Made by a program: the position numbers and the translations under genes. Shown in pieces: positions 1 to 8,669 of a stretch of 64,000 nt of DNA. Below the pieces are notes generated by a model. That model was not told the DNA's origin. It searched no databases and saw only the letters and a program-made list of their open reading frames with translations. Source of the DNA: Bacteroidia bacterium (GTDB taxonomy: Bacteria; Bacteroidota; Bacteroidia; JABEUT01); assembly GCA_052325425.1 (NCBI GenBank), contig JBKQUY010000025.1, positions 1,321 through 65,320 on the forward strand, read 5' to 3'. How positions within the stretch are numbered: the first letter of the stretch is position 1; every line of letters begins with the position of its first letter.

Positions 1-289
1 CTTTATCAACAATAAATTCAAAATACTTCGTCTTGCTCTTCAGCATAATAAAGTATGTACCCCCCTGTAGTTCTTTTTCACCCGAAAATTCAAAATTCCC
101 CTTTTCGTCAACTTTTGCCGTATCCAATATATAATCTTTATCTCCATAATGATAGCCCAAAAAGCAAATAGTGTTTTTTAGCCCTGCTATGCTGAATTTT
201 ATATCATGGAGCTTAGTGGCAGCTTGCAACGAAGCCATGCCTGCAACAAAAAATAATCCTGTAATAAGTAATAATTTTGACTTCAACAT
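1..289 (-). CDS. TlpA-like thiol-disulfide oxidoreductase paralog, N-terminal part only (runs off window edge)
   Basis: Reverse-strand ATG at 287-289. My translation gives MLKSKLLLITGLFFVAGMASLQAATKLHDIKFSIAGLKNTICFLGYHYGDKDYILDTAKVDEKGNFEFSGEKELQGGTYF... This is clearly homologous to the N-terminal (DUF4369-like) domain of the adjacent 362..1780 protein (HDLKFTLTGFKYDICYLGGHYGEHDYIYDTAKTDGKGNVEFSGAKELDGGVYF). The ORF track omits it because it is truncated. Confidence 0.7.
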   Translation of the reverse strand, partial: MLKSKLLLITGLFFVAGMASLQAATKLHDIKFSIAGLKNTICFLGYHYGDKDYILDTAKVDEKGNFEFSGEKELQGGTYFIMLKSKTKYFEFIVDK

Positions 290-361
290 AATATACATTT
301 TATACCTGCAAAGGTAATAACATTCTTGCTTATGCTCAATTAAAAAATGTTAAAAAAGTTC

Positions 362-1780
362 TTACCGAACAGGTTTATTAGGCTTTGTTTCTTTAAAATG
401 CCTGATTATTTTATCGAGGCTATTCGTATCAATTTTTTTTGCGATTATCATCTTATTTTCATCCAATATGTACATGGTAGGAGTGGATGCAACGTCATAA
501 TCGTGCCTGAAGTTACCGGTATGGTAAGTATCAATAACATTTATCCAGTCAAGGTTATGCTTTTTAATATAATTTTTCCACTTCTCTGCCGAAGTATTTG
601 TCTGTACCGCATATACTTCAACACCTTCAGCCTTAATAGAATCATACCATTTAATAAGTTTGGGGGTTTCCTTCTGGCAATGGCTGCAGTCATAGTCCCA
701 GAAATAAATTACAGTAAACTCTGCCTTTACCGAGTCAAGTGCCTGCATTACATTACTTGAATCAGGCAAAACAATAGGTATAGCTCTTTTCCCTAAAAGT
801 ATGGGTTCTAGCTGGTCTGCTCTTTCCTTTACGCGCTCCAATTGCGATGCGCTTACCCAAAATGCCAGCCCGGGGGTATAATATTTTTTTGCTATATGCA
901 CAAATACTGCATCCATGCCCATTATTTCAGAACTTTCATAAGTATAAATAATATATTGTACCAGGAATTTGAACATATCCTTATTGGTGCCTGCTTTCTG
1001 GATTAAATAATCTGCCGCGGCAATAACCGAATCAGGGTCAGGAACGGTAAGTTTGGTAAGGTATTCTTTTATTTTCGGGAAAAATACGGGAGTATGAATC
1101 AACCGGGCATCGTTAAAATTAATATTATCAAAAAAATGCGCTTTGTAATACCTGAAAGTAAAGGTAGAATCGGTTCTTCCGTTAGCTAATTCAGGAGCAG
1201 GAGGTACTACCGGTTCTTCCGCGGCGTTCAACACTTCAGCCATAAACATGTCAGAATGTTTCGCTATAAAATCGCTTCTGTATTTCTTGCCTTGTTCATT
1301 GAGTGAATCCAGTTTTTTCTTTGCTTCTTCCTTATCAGGGCCTTCTTTTGCCTGTTTTTCCAATATTTTCGTTTTTTCATGCATCTCTAATGCATTTCTC
1401 TGAAATTCATAAAAGAGCCTGTTCTCTTCGGAACCTTGCACCTTCATAGTTCCGATGTAATCGGATGTGTCAGCCTGCATCGAAAATTTTTGTTCTTTAT
1501 CAATAATGAATTCAAATAGTTTCTTTTTATTGTAGGAAATCAAAAAATAAACTCCGCCGTCTAATTCCTTAGCGCCTGAAAATTCAACATTACCTTTACC
1601 GTCTGTTTTAGCCGTGTCATATATGTAATCATGCTCGCCATAGTGGCCACCCAGATAGCAGATATCATATTTAAACCCTGTTAAAGTAAACTTCAAATCG
1701 TGCTTTTTAGGGGAAGCATTTATAGTTAAAACAGCGACAACAAAAAATAATATCCAAGTCAGAAATGCCTTTATTTTCAC
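362..1780 (-). CDS. TlpA/AhpC-TSA family thiol-disulfide oxidoreductase (secreted; thioredoxin fold with N-terminal DUF4369-like domain)
   Basis: 472 aa with GTG start and a signal peptide. The C-terminal thioredoxin motif is FWDYDCSHCQ (CxxC). The N-terminal domain is shared with the upstream paralog. Confidence 0.8.
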   Translation of the reverse strand: MKIKAFLTWILFFVVAVLTINASPKKHDLKFTLTGFKYDICYLGGHYGEHDYIYDTAKTDGKGNVEFSGAKELDGGVYFLISYNKKKLFEFIIDKEQKFSMQADTSDYIGTMKVQGSEENRLFYEFQRNALEMHEKTKILEKQAKEGPDKEEAKKKLDSLNEQGKKYRSDFIAKHSDMFMAEVLNAAEEPVVPPAPELANGRTDSTFTFRYYKAHFFDNINFNDARLIHTPVFFPKIKEYLTKLTVPDPDSVIAAADYLIQKAGTNKDMFKFLVQYIIYTYESSEIMGMDAVFVHIAKKYYTPGLAFWVSASQLERVKERADQLEPILLGKRAIPIVLPDSSNVMQALDSVKAEFTVIYFWDYDCSHCQKETPKLIKWYDSIKAEGVEVYAVQTNTSAEKWKNYIKKHNLDWINVIDTYHTGNFRHDYDVASTPTMYILDENKMIIAKKIDTNSLDKIIRHFKETKPNKPVR

Positions 1781-1851
1781 AATACCAGGTAATTGAGTTG
1801 CACAAATTTAATAATTTTGACAACCGTTTAAGAAAGGAGACATAGATATTT

Positions 1852-1917
1852 CGGGGTGTAGCGTAGTCCGGTTAGCGCGTCCCGTAGTACTGCGGGAAGG
1901 TCGGCAGTTCCAACTGC
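1852..1917 (+). pseudogene. degenerate tRNA-like copy 1 (tRNA 5' half + palindromic anticodon region, no 3' acceptor)
   Basis: Same 5' sequence as tRNA-Pro (cggggtgtagcgtagtccggttagcgcg). The anticodon arm is replaced by tcccgtagtactgcggga. The T-loop is degenerate (ttccaac) and the 3' acceptor strand is missing. It is preceded by the same TTGACA...CATAGATAT promoter-like unit. Confidence 0.55.
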
Positions 1918-1999
1918 TTTATTTTCACATTCTTTAGTATCACTGTTGCTCAATTTTAATAATTTTGACAACCCTTTAAGTAAAGGGACATAGATATTT

Positions 2000-2065
2000 C
2001 GGGGTGTAGCGTAGTCCGGTTAGCGCGTCCCGCAGTACTGCGGGAAGGTCGGCAGCTCCAACTGT
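2000..2065 (+). pseudogene. degenerate tRNA-like copy 2 (tandem 146-bp unit)
   Basis: Second tandem unit, with repeat period about 146 bp (1917-2061 vs 2062-2206). Perfect palindrome cccgcagtactgcggg in place of the anticodon loop. No acceptor 3' strand. Confidence 0.55.
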
Positions 2066-2147
2066 TTTATTTTCACATTCTTTAGTATCACTGTTGCTCA
2101 ATTTTAATAATTTTGACAACCCTTTAAGTAAAGGGACATAGATATTT

Positions 2148-2224
2148 CGGGGTGTAGCGTAGTCCGGTTAGCGCGCCACGTTCGGGACGTGGAGGTCGGC
2201 AGTTCGAATCTGCCTACCCCGACA
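2148..2224 (+). tRNA. tRNA-Pro (anticodon CGG)
   Basis: Cloverleaf by eye. Acceptor CGGGGTG/TACCCCG (with G-U). D arm GCGT/..GCGC. Anticodon stem CCACG/CGTGG with loop TTCGGGA (anticodon CGG). T arm GGCAG-TTCGAAT-CTGCC. Discriminator A. Confidence 0.75.
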
Positions 2225-2243
2225 ACCATTAGATATTATAGCT

Positions 2244-2489
2244 ATGCCTTTTTATGTGTACATTCTCTATTCACAAAAACTCGATAAGTTCTACATTGGC
2301 CATACAAATAACATAGATAGAAGAATTATTGAACACGATAACAGAGAAAATTTAGGTACAAACGACTGGGTGCTCAAATATTCTGAACAATTTCTCACAA
2401 GGTCGCTGGCCATGAAAAGAGAATCGGAAATTAAAAGAAAAAAGCGTAGAACTTATTTGGAATGGCTTATTAATAATAAGCCAGATTAG
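2244..2489 (+). CDS. GIY-YIG nuclease family protein (81 aa, stand-alone URI domain)
   Basis: N-terminus YVYILYS...KFYIGHTNNIDRRIIEH is a canonical GIY-YIG motif. Sits immediately 3' of tRNA-Pro. Its stop codon abuts a tRNA 3' fragment. Confidence 0.8.
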   Translation: MPFYVYILYSQKLDKFYIGHTNNIDRRIIEHDNRENLGTNDWVLKYSEQFLTRSLAMKRESEIKRKKRRTYLEWLINNKPD

Positions 2490-2541
2490 CGCGTCCCGCA
2501 GTACTGCGGGAAGGTCGGCAGTTCGAATCTGCCTACCCTGA
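2488..2541 (+). repeat. tRNA 3' fragment (anticodon-palindrome + T arm + acceptor 3' strand)
   Basis: agcgcgtcccgcagtactgcgggaaggtcggcagttcgaatctgcctaccctga matches the palindromic anticodon version of copies 1/2 plus an intact T arm and acceptor 3' strand. The flank gacaaccattaga is duplicated after the intact tRNA (2221-2233) and here (2538-2550). Confidence 0.6.
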
Positions 2542-2606
2542 CAACCATTAGAAGGTAATTATTTACTTGTCGGAACTAAGTTAGAAAGTAAACTATATTT
2601 AAATTA

Positions 2607-3203
2607 TCAACCTAAAACCTTCAATAGCCATAAAATCAAAAGTATCAGGAGAATTACAATTAATATATCGAAGAGCAAATCAATAAACGCCCCGAGATTT
2701 AAAAGAATACCAATTAACAATATAATCACTAATATTATTAGAAGCAATAATAATAAACTCCTCCCTCCACCTCTTTCAGTAGCGTTATCGGTCATAGTTA
2801 TTGCATCAGGCACATAACTTTTAGCCTGTATCTGTGGCTCTTCACTACTTGAAATTGTATTCTTCAGGCCTTGTTTGGCAGTAAAGCTTAAAATAGCTTT
2901 GTGTTTTATTTTTTTTATAATTCCCGAAGGAGAGTTGGCAATAGGCCTATTAACAGGGTTCACATCCGCTACCTTTGTTGTCTGCGTGCCTTTAGGTTGT
3001 TCAGTATTGAGCTGTTTATTTACAGCCGACTGAACAGGTTTTGCAGCCACTTTTGATGATGCTACCGAAGGACTGCTTTTAGTATAATCAATATAATAGC
3101 CTGGATTATAGTGGCGCCTGGTTATTGAAAAATTTGTTCCGCAGGAAGAAAATATTATGCTTGCAATCAGGCAGAGTGTGCTGAAAGTAATTAGTTTTTT
3201 CAT
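2607..3203 (-). CDS. hypothetical lipoprotein/membrane protein with extremely Leu/Ile-rich C-terminal segment
   Basis: Lipoprotein-like signal MKKLITFSTLCLIASIIFSSCG. C-terminal 50 aa almost purely L/I. Confidence 0.45.
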   Translation of the reverse strand: MKKLITFSTLCLIASIIFSSCGTNFSITRRHYNPGYYIDYTKSSPSVASSKVAAKPVQSAVNKQLNTEQPKGTQTTKVADVNPVNRPIANSPSGIIKKIKHKAILSFTAKQGLKNTISSSEEPQIQAKSYVPDAITMTDNATERGGGRSLLLLLLIILVIILLIGILLNLGAFIDLLFDILIVILLILLILWLLKVLG

Positions 3204-3332
3204 AGTCCTTCTTATAAATATTTGCGCTAATATAAAAAGAAGTTTTTACTGAACAAGTGGCAGAAATCAACTTTATAAATCAGGAATTATTACTGGGCTA
3301 TCGATTTACGGGCAGCAGTCTGTTAATTCAAA

Positions 3333-4013
3333 TTAAAATTCAAATTTGTACCCTATTCCTTTCAGGGTTTTAATCTTTTCGTCACCCAATTTTTGGCGTA
3401 GTTTTCGGATATGGACATCAATGGTGCGGTCTCCTACTACAACATCCTCGCCCCATATTTTATGTAATATGTCTTCCCTGCTAAATACTTTTCCGGGCTT
3501 GGATGCCAGTAATGAAATCAGCTCAAATTCTTTTTTAGGGAGTGAAAGTTCATCATCATTTATAGAAATGCTATAACTTTCTTTATTGATTTTTACACCA
3601 CCACCCACATCAACAGAACCCTTATTGTCTTCAGGATGCGCCCTGCGCCTTAGCAAGGCATGTATGCGGCTAATCAGAACCCTCGGTTTTAATGGTTTTG
3701 AAATATAATCGTCGGCGCCTGCATCGAGCCCGGCAATTTGCGAATAGTCCTCAGTCCTTGCAGTTAAAAATACTATCAAAGCATTTTTTGTTTCAGGTAT
3801 GTGCCTAAGTTCCTTGCATGCTTCAATGCCGTCCATTTCCGGCATCATCACATCTAAAATAATGAGATTGGGCAGAACTTTTTTGGCTGTTTGTATGGCG
3901 CTTTTTCCGTCAGAGGCAGTAAACACCTCATATCCTTCCTTTTTCAGGTTGTAGGATAAAAAATCCAATACATCTGACTCGTCATCAACCAATAATATTT
4001 TTGTGTTTTCCAT
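3333..4013 (-). CDS. phoB: OmpR/PhoB-family two-component response regulator (probable PhoB)
   Basis: Receiver domain (ILLVDDE...D...K) and winged-helix output (LRRR..., TIDVHIRKLRQKL, GYKFE). The ORF-track start is GTG at 4070. The ATG at 4011-4013 (MENTKILLVDDE) is the plausible start. Divergent from the porin-pst cluster. Confidence 0.8.
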   Translation of the reverse strand: MENTKILLVDDESDVLDFLSYNLKKEGYEVFTASDGKSAIQTAKKVLPNLIILDVMMPEMDGIEACKELRHIPETKNALIVFLTARTEDYSQIAGLDAGADDYISKPLKPRVLISRIHALLRRRAHPEDNKGSVDVGGGVKINKESYSISINDDELSLPKKEFELISLLASKPGKVFSREDILHKIWGEDVVVGDRTIDVHIRKLRQKLGDEKIKTLKGIGYKFEF

Positions 4014-4267
4014 TACAGGGAGAATTACTAAAATTTGATGCAAAGGTACGCTTAAAATAACATAATTCACATACTTAACAATTTAATAATATGCAATTCT
4101 AAATGAGTTAAGTAATGCATAAAATAATTGATTTATAGTATATTATAATTTCATTTGATAACAATTTAGTAACATTAAGTTAGTTTTCATGTAACACCAG
4201 CCACACACTTTTGCCCCGAATTTAAAACTGCAATATCACTAACACAAAAAACCAAAAACAACAATCT

Positions 4268-5626
4268 ATGAAAAAAACAATTTCTACAAAACTTATGCTT
4301 GGCCTTGCAGGTTCATTGCTTGCTATTTCAGCAGTAAATGCGCAGTCAACTGACCAGGCTCCGGCACAGGCTTCTACAGCAGCATTGGATAATAATGCCA
4401 TATCATTAATAACAAATGGCGCCGGTACTTCTAAGCCCGGAGGAAGTTTATGGGGATACGTATTTGGAGATTATGCTTATATGGCAAATGGCGATTCGGC
4501 AGGCAGGGGAACAAAATTTCAATATAAAGGATTAGGCGCTAACGGCCAGTTGGCAAACCCTAACGCTTTTGAAGTTAGGCGGGCTTATTTGGGATATAAC
4601 TACAATGTAAACAGCAAGTTTTCTGCATACGCATTAATGGCTTATGAGGGTGATTATGACGTAAATAACAACAGAACTGTTTATTTGAAATATATTTACT
4701 TTAAGTGGAAGAATATTTTCAAAGGCAGTGACCTTAAACTCGGACAGCAGTCTACCAATTCATTCGCCAATGCATACAATACCGAGCCTCTTTTAGGCTA
4801 TCGTTCCATTGAAAAAACAATTTTGGATATGCATAGCGTAGATGGTTCATCAGATATGGGCATTACTCTCGAAGGTAAGATATGGAAGAGCGGTACAGCG
4901 GATTCTACCATGTCTCCTACATTTATAGGGTATAGCGCAATGATGGGTGATAACTCTGGTAATACCCCTGTTCCATTATTTACAGGTGCCGGAACTGCTG
5001 AAAACCTTACTACCGATAAAGCTAAAAAATTCAGAGGTAACGTTTATTTAAATACGCTTAATGGTGCATTAACTATCGGAGCATACACTGACTTTATAAA
5101 CTATGGCAACGCTCTTTACACTACTACATCAACTGTTCACCAGAAAGCTGTACAAACTGTAAAGGCTTATGCTGTGTATAATGGCAAAGTATTTGGTTTA
5201 GGTGTTGAATGGTTTACCCAAAGCATGACAAATGGCGAACTTGAAACGTATGCAGCCGGGAAAGGAACCAATGATACAGCTAAAGCTGTTCAAACAGGTA
5301 TTTCCATATTTGCACATGGTACAATTATACAAAACAAGCTGAATATTTTTGCCAGGTTCGATACATACACACCTGATGCTGATTACAGCTACAATGTTAA
5401 CGAGAAGTTTACAAGCGAAATGTCCAATGTAAGCAACTCAGCCAATGGCAACTCATATAAGGAGACTTTCATAAACGGCGGTATTGACTGGACACCTACT
5501 GCTGATAAAAGGATTCACCTTATGCCCAATGTATATTATTATGGAATTAATAACGGGTATGGTTCAGATAATTTAAAGAGTGATGATTATTTGCTTTACC
5601 GTATTACATTCCTTTGTGCGTTTTAA
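4268..5626 (+). CDS. outer-membrane beta-barrel porin, putatively phosphate-selective by context
   Basis: Signal peptide ending AISAVNAQ. 452 aa rich in alternating aromatic/polar stretches. C-terminal Phe typical of OMP beta-barrels. Located directly upstream of pstS. Confidence 0.55.
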   Translation: MKKTISTKLMLGLAGSLLAISAVNAQSTDQAPAQASTAALDNNAISLITNGAGTSKPGGSLWGYVFGDYAYMANGDSAGRGTKFQYKGLGANGQLANPNAFEVRRAYLGYNYNVNSKFSAYALMAYEGDYDVNNNRTVYLKYIYFKWKNIFKGSDLKLGQQSTNSFANAYNTEPLLGYRSIEKTILDMHSVDGSSDMGITLEGKIWKSGTADSTMSPTFIGYSAMMGDNSGNTPVPLFTGAGTAENLTTDKAKKFRGNVYLNTLNGALTIGAYTDFINYGNALYTTTSTVHQKAVQTVKAYAVYNGKVFGLGVEWFTQSMTNGELETYAAGKGTNDTAKAVQTGISIFAHGTIIQNKLNIFARFDTYTPDADYSYNVNEKFTSEMSNVSNSANGNSYKETFINGGIDWTPTADKRIHLMPNVYYYGINNGYGSDNLKSDDYLLYRITFLCAF

Positions 5627-5730
5627 AATAAATTAGATATTTGCCCCCCCCCCCGGGATAGGGTTAAGGAAACTCCTTAACCCTATTCTGGTTTAAAAGT
5701 AGCAATTAATTGATAACAAATAAATAACAA

Positions 5731-6807
5731 ATGAAAAACACAACCTTAAAATTCAAACAACTGGCCTTAGCCGGTGCAATAGCCGGTTTAGGCCTTGCTG
5801 CCTGCAACTCCTCCAGTTCAGATAATGCGGCGGATAAGCAATTGCTTGGCGCGGGCTCAACATTCGGGTATCCTATTTACTCTAAAATGTTCAGCGATTA
5901 TGGAGCAGTTGCCCAGGGAACACAAACCAATTATCAATCTATCGGTTCTGGCGGTGGCATAAAACAGCTTATGAGCAAAACAGTTGACTTTGGCGCATCA
6001 GATGCTTTTTTAAGTGATGACGAAATGAGCAAAGCTCCGGCCCCCGTGGTGCAATTTCCTACTTGTTTGGGCTCTGTTGTAATCAGCTACAATATTCCGG
6101 GCAATCCTGAAATTAAAATGACGCCTGAAATTGTTGCAGGTATATTTTTAGGAACCATTACCAAATGGAATGATGAGAAAATTACTGCCGAAAACCCCGA
6201 TGCTAAACTTCCCGATATGGATATTACCGTAGCTCACAGGTCGGATGGCAGCGGTACTTCTTACATTTTCACCGACTATCTGTCAAAAGTAAGCGATGAC
6301 TGGAAATCAAAAGTTGGAATGGGTAAATCACCCAACTGGCCGGTAGGCGTTGGAGGCAAAGGTAACGAAGGTGTTGCCGGGGTTATTAAGCAAACACCCG
6401 GTGCAGTTGGATATATTGAGCTCGCTTATGCATTGCAAAACAATATGTCAGTTGCTGCATTGAAGAATGCCGCAGGCAACTACGTTAAACCGACAATTGA
6501 ATCAACCAGCCTATGCGCTAACGGAGATATACCTGCCGATACGCGTATAAGCATTGCAAATTCCAAAGTTGACCAGGGATATCCCATCAGCAGCTTTACC
6601 TGGATAATGCTTTACAAAGAGCAGAAATACGGCGACAGGACCAAAGAAAAGGCAACCAATCTTGTAAAAGAATTGTGGTGGATGATACACGATGGCCAAA
6701 AAGATTGCCAGCCTCTGAATTATGCCCCGCTTCCTCCAAAGGCAGTGGCTGCGGCCGAGGCTGTTTTAAAATCTGTTACTTACGATAATCAGCCTGTTCT
6801 TCAATAG
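5731..6807 (+). CDS. pstS: phosphate ABC transporter substrate-binding protein PstS
   Basis: Lipoprotein signal (LAACNSS). PstS hallmark GAGSTFGYPIYSKM...NYQSIGSGGGIKQ...TVDFGASDAFLSD and SGTSYIFTDYLSK. Confidence 0.9.
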   Translation: MKNTTLKFKQLALAGAIAGLGLAACNSSSSDNAADKQLLGAGSTFGYPIYSKMFSDYGAVAQGTQTNYQSIGSGGGIKQLMSKTVDFGASDAFLSDDEMSKAPAPVVQFPTCLGSVVISYNIPGNPEIKMTPEIVAGIFLGTITKWNDEKITAENPDAKLPDMDITVAHRSDGSGTSYIFTDYLSKVSDDWKSKVGMGKSPNWPVGVGGKGNEGVAGVIKQTPGAVGYIELAYALQNNMSVAALKNAAGNYVKPTIESTSLCANGDIPADTRISIANSKVDQGYPISSFTWIMLYKEQKYGDRTKEKATNLVKELWWMIHDGQKDCQPLNYAPLPPKAVAAAEAVLKSVTYDNQPVLQ

Positions 6808-6930
6808 TTATTATAAAGTACTTCACGCCCGCTAAAGTTCTTTTCGTGTGAGGTTGTGTTTTGGTAAGGGGAGAGCCTGGCGGGCGCTCCCTTTTTATCT
6901 GAAAATGTATTGTATGTTTGCCAGAGAAAT

Positions 6931-7815
6931 ATGAGTAACAGCAAAATAATAAAGAACAATATATTTCTTAAGTCTATCAGTGGCTCTGCTATTTTTGTTA
7001 CTCTTTTGCTTATAGCATTTTTTCTTACGCTTCTTTTTTCATCATGGCCGGCTTTAAAAGCCAATGGGCTTTCTTTTCTATGGGGTAAAACATGGGACCC
7101 GGTAAGGGATCGCTACGGTATGTTGCCGTTTTTAATCGGTACCCTTATAACATCTTTTCTCGCTTTATTAATTTCTGCCCCGTTTTCAATAGCTGCGGCG
7201 CTTTTCCTGGGAGAATATTTCCCTAAAGGAATTATTCCGAACATTTTTAGAAATATTATTGACCTGTTGGCAGCCATACCATCTGTTGTATATGGTTTTT
7301 GGGGCCTATATACCATTGTGCCCCTGGTAAGGGTTCTGGAAACCAAATTGCATGTTACCCCATCAGGTTTTGGCATTTTCTCAGCTTCGCTTGTGCTTTC
7401 TATTATGCTTATTCCGTATTCTGTTTCACTTATAAGGCAGGTCATAAGTATGACGCCAATACAGCTTAAAGAAGCTGCTTATGCGTTGGGAAGTACGCGC
7501 ACTGAAGTTATTATGAAAGTTATTTTACCTGCCAATATATCCGGAATTTCAGCCGGTTTTCTTCTGTCGCTGGGAAGGGCTTTGGGTGAAACTATGGCTG
7601 TAACAGTTCTTATCGGTAATTCATCAGATATTCCCAAAAGTATTTTCAGCAACTCAAATACTATGGCAAGCCTTATTGCCAATGAATTTACCGAAGCAGT
7701 CGGGTCGGTTTATTCTGCTTCATTGGTTGAAATAGGTTTGTTATTATTTGTTGTTACAACTATTATAAACCTTATTGGAAGAATAGTTATTAAAAGATAT
7801 ACGGTTAAAGTATGA
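6931..7815 (+). CDS. pstC: phosphate ABC transporter permease PstC
   Basis: Multi-TM permease with EAA-like loop. The ORF-track start at 6910 is TTG. The in-frame ATG is at 6931. Overlaps the pstA start (ATGA). Confidence 0.85.
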   Translation: MSNSKIIKNNIFLKSISGSAIFVTLLLIAFFLTLLFSSWPALKANGLSFLWGKTWDPVRDRYGMLPFLIGTLITSFLALLISAPFSIAAALFLGEYFPKGIIPNIFRNIIDLLAAIPSVVYGFWGLYTIVPLVRVLETKLHVTPSGFGIFSASLVLSIMLIPYSVSLIRQVISMTPIQLKEAAYALGSTRTEVIMKVILPANISGISAGFLLSLGRALGETMAVTVLIGNSSDIPKSIFSNSNTMASLIANEFTEAVGSVYSASLVEIGLLLFVVTTIINLIGRIVIKRYTVKV

Positions 7816-8669
7816 CGCCAATTGAAATAGCTGGGATAAAGAGGAGAAAGTTCAAGGACACCTTGTTTAAAAGCATTATATATGCGCTTACATTTACCTG
7901 CCTTGCAGTAGTGCTTATTATTCTTTTTTATATATTTCAAAAAGGAGTAACCTGCATTAATTGGTCAATGTTTACTCAATTGCCGAAACCTGTGGGAGAG
8001 AGCGGTGGTGGGGTGCTTAATGCCATGATTGGAAGTTTAATGCTGGTGAGCGTTGCAGCCGTAATTGCTATTCCTTTGGGCATTGCCGTAGGTATTTTCC
8101 TGGCTGAGAAAAGAGGCATGAGAGTTGCAGACAGGGTCAGCATTGCAGTAGATGTATTGCAGGGAGTACCCTCTATTGTAGTAGGTATGGTGGTTTACGT
8201 TTGGGTAGTTAAGCCAATGGGCATTTTTTCGGCTTTTTCAGGCAGCATAGCCCTTGCCATCATGATGCTGCCACCCGTCATAAAAAATACTGAGGAAACC
8301 CTGGTGCTTATCCCGAATACATTAAAAGAAGCCGCATTAGCTCTAGGAGCCTCGGATTTACGCTCAACCATGAAAGTACTTTTACCAACCGGCATCGGAG
8401 GCATTTTCAGCGGCTGTATGCTAGGTATAGCCCGCGTTGCCGGAGAGGTGGCTCCTTTGCTTTTTACAGCATTTGGAAATCCATACCTTAGTTTTAATGT
8501 TATGAAACCGGTAAACAGCTTGCCCCTTGTCATATTTAACTACGGCACCAGCCCTTATGACGATTGGCATCGCATAGCCTGGGGCGGCTCGGTAATACTT
8601 GTCGGGTTTGTTATAATACTTAATTTTATAGTAAAATTTTTTGAAAGCAAATGGAAGGTACAATTTTAA
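7812..8669 (+). CDS. pstA: phosphate ABC transporter permease PstA
   Basis: Permease following pstC with a 4-nt overlap. Conserved EAALALGAS motif. Confidence 0.85.
   Translation: MTPIEIAGIKRRKFKDTLFKSIIYALTFTCLAVVLIILFYIFQKGVTCINWSMFTQLPKPVGESGGGVLNAMIGSLMLVSVAAVIAIPLGIAVGIFLAEKRGMRVADRVSIAVDVLQGVPSIVVGMVVYVWVVKPMGIFSAFSGSIALAIMMLPPVIKNTEETLVLIPNTLKEAALALGASDLRSTMKVLLPTGIGGIFSGCMLGIARVAGEVAPLLFTAFGNPYLSFNVMKPVNSLPLVIFNYGTSPYDDWHRIAWGGSVILVGFVIILNFIVKFFESKWKVQF

Noticed and set aside
1852-2206. Possible CRISPR array suggested by regular direct repeats
   Set aside because: The repeat unit is about 146 bp and is tRNA-derived (promoter + tRNA 5' half). There are no short repeat/unique spacer alternations and no cas genes. 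It is a tandem tRNA-like duplication, not CRISPR.
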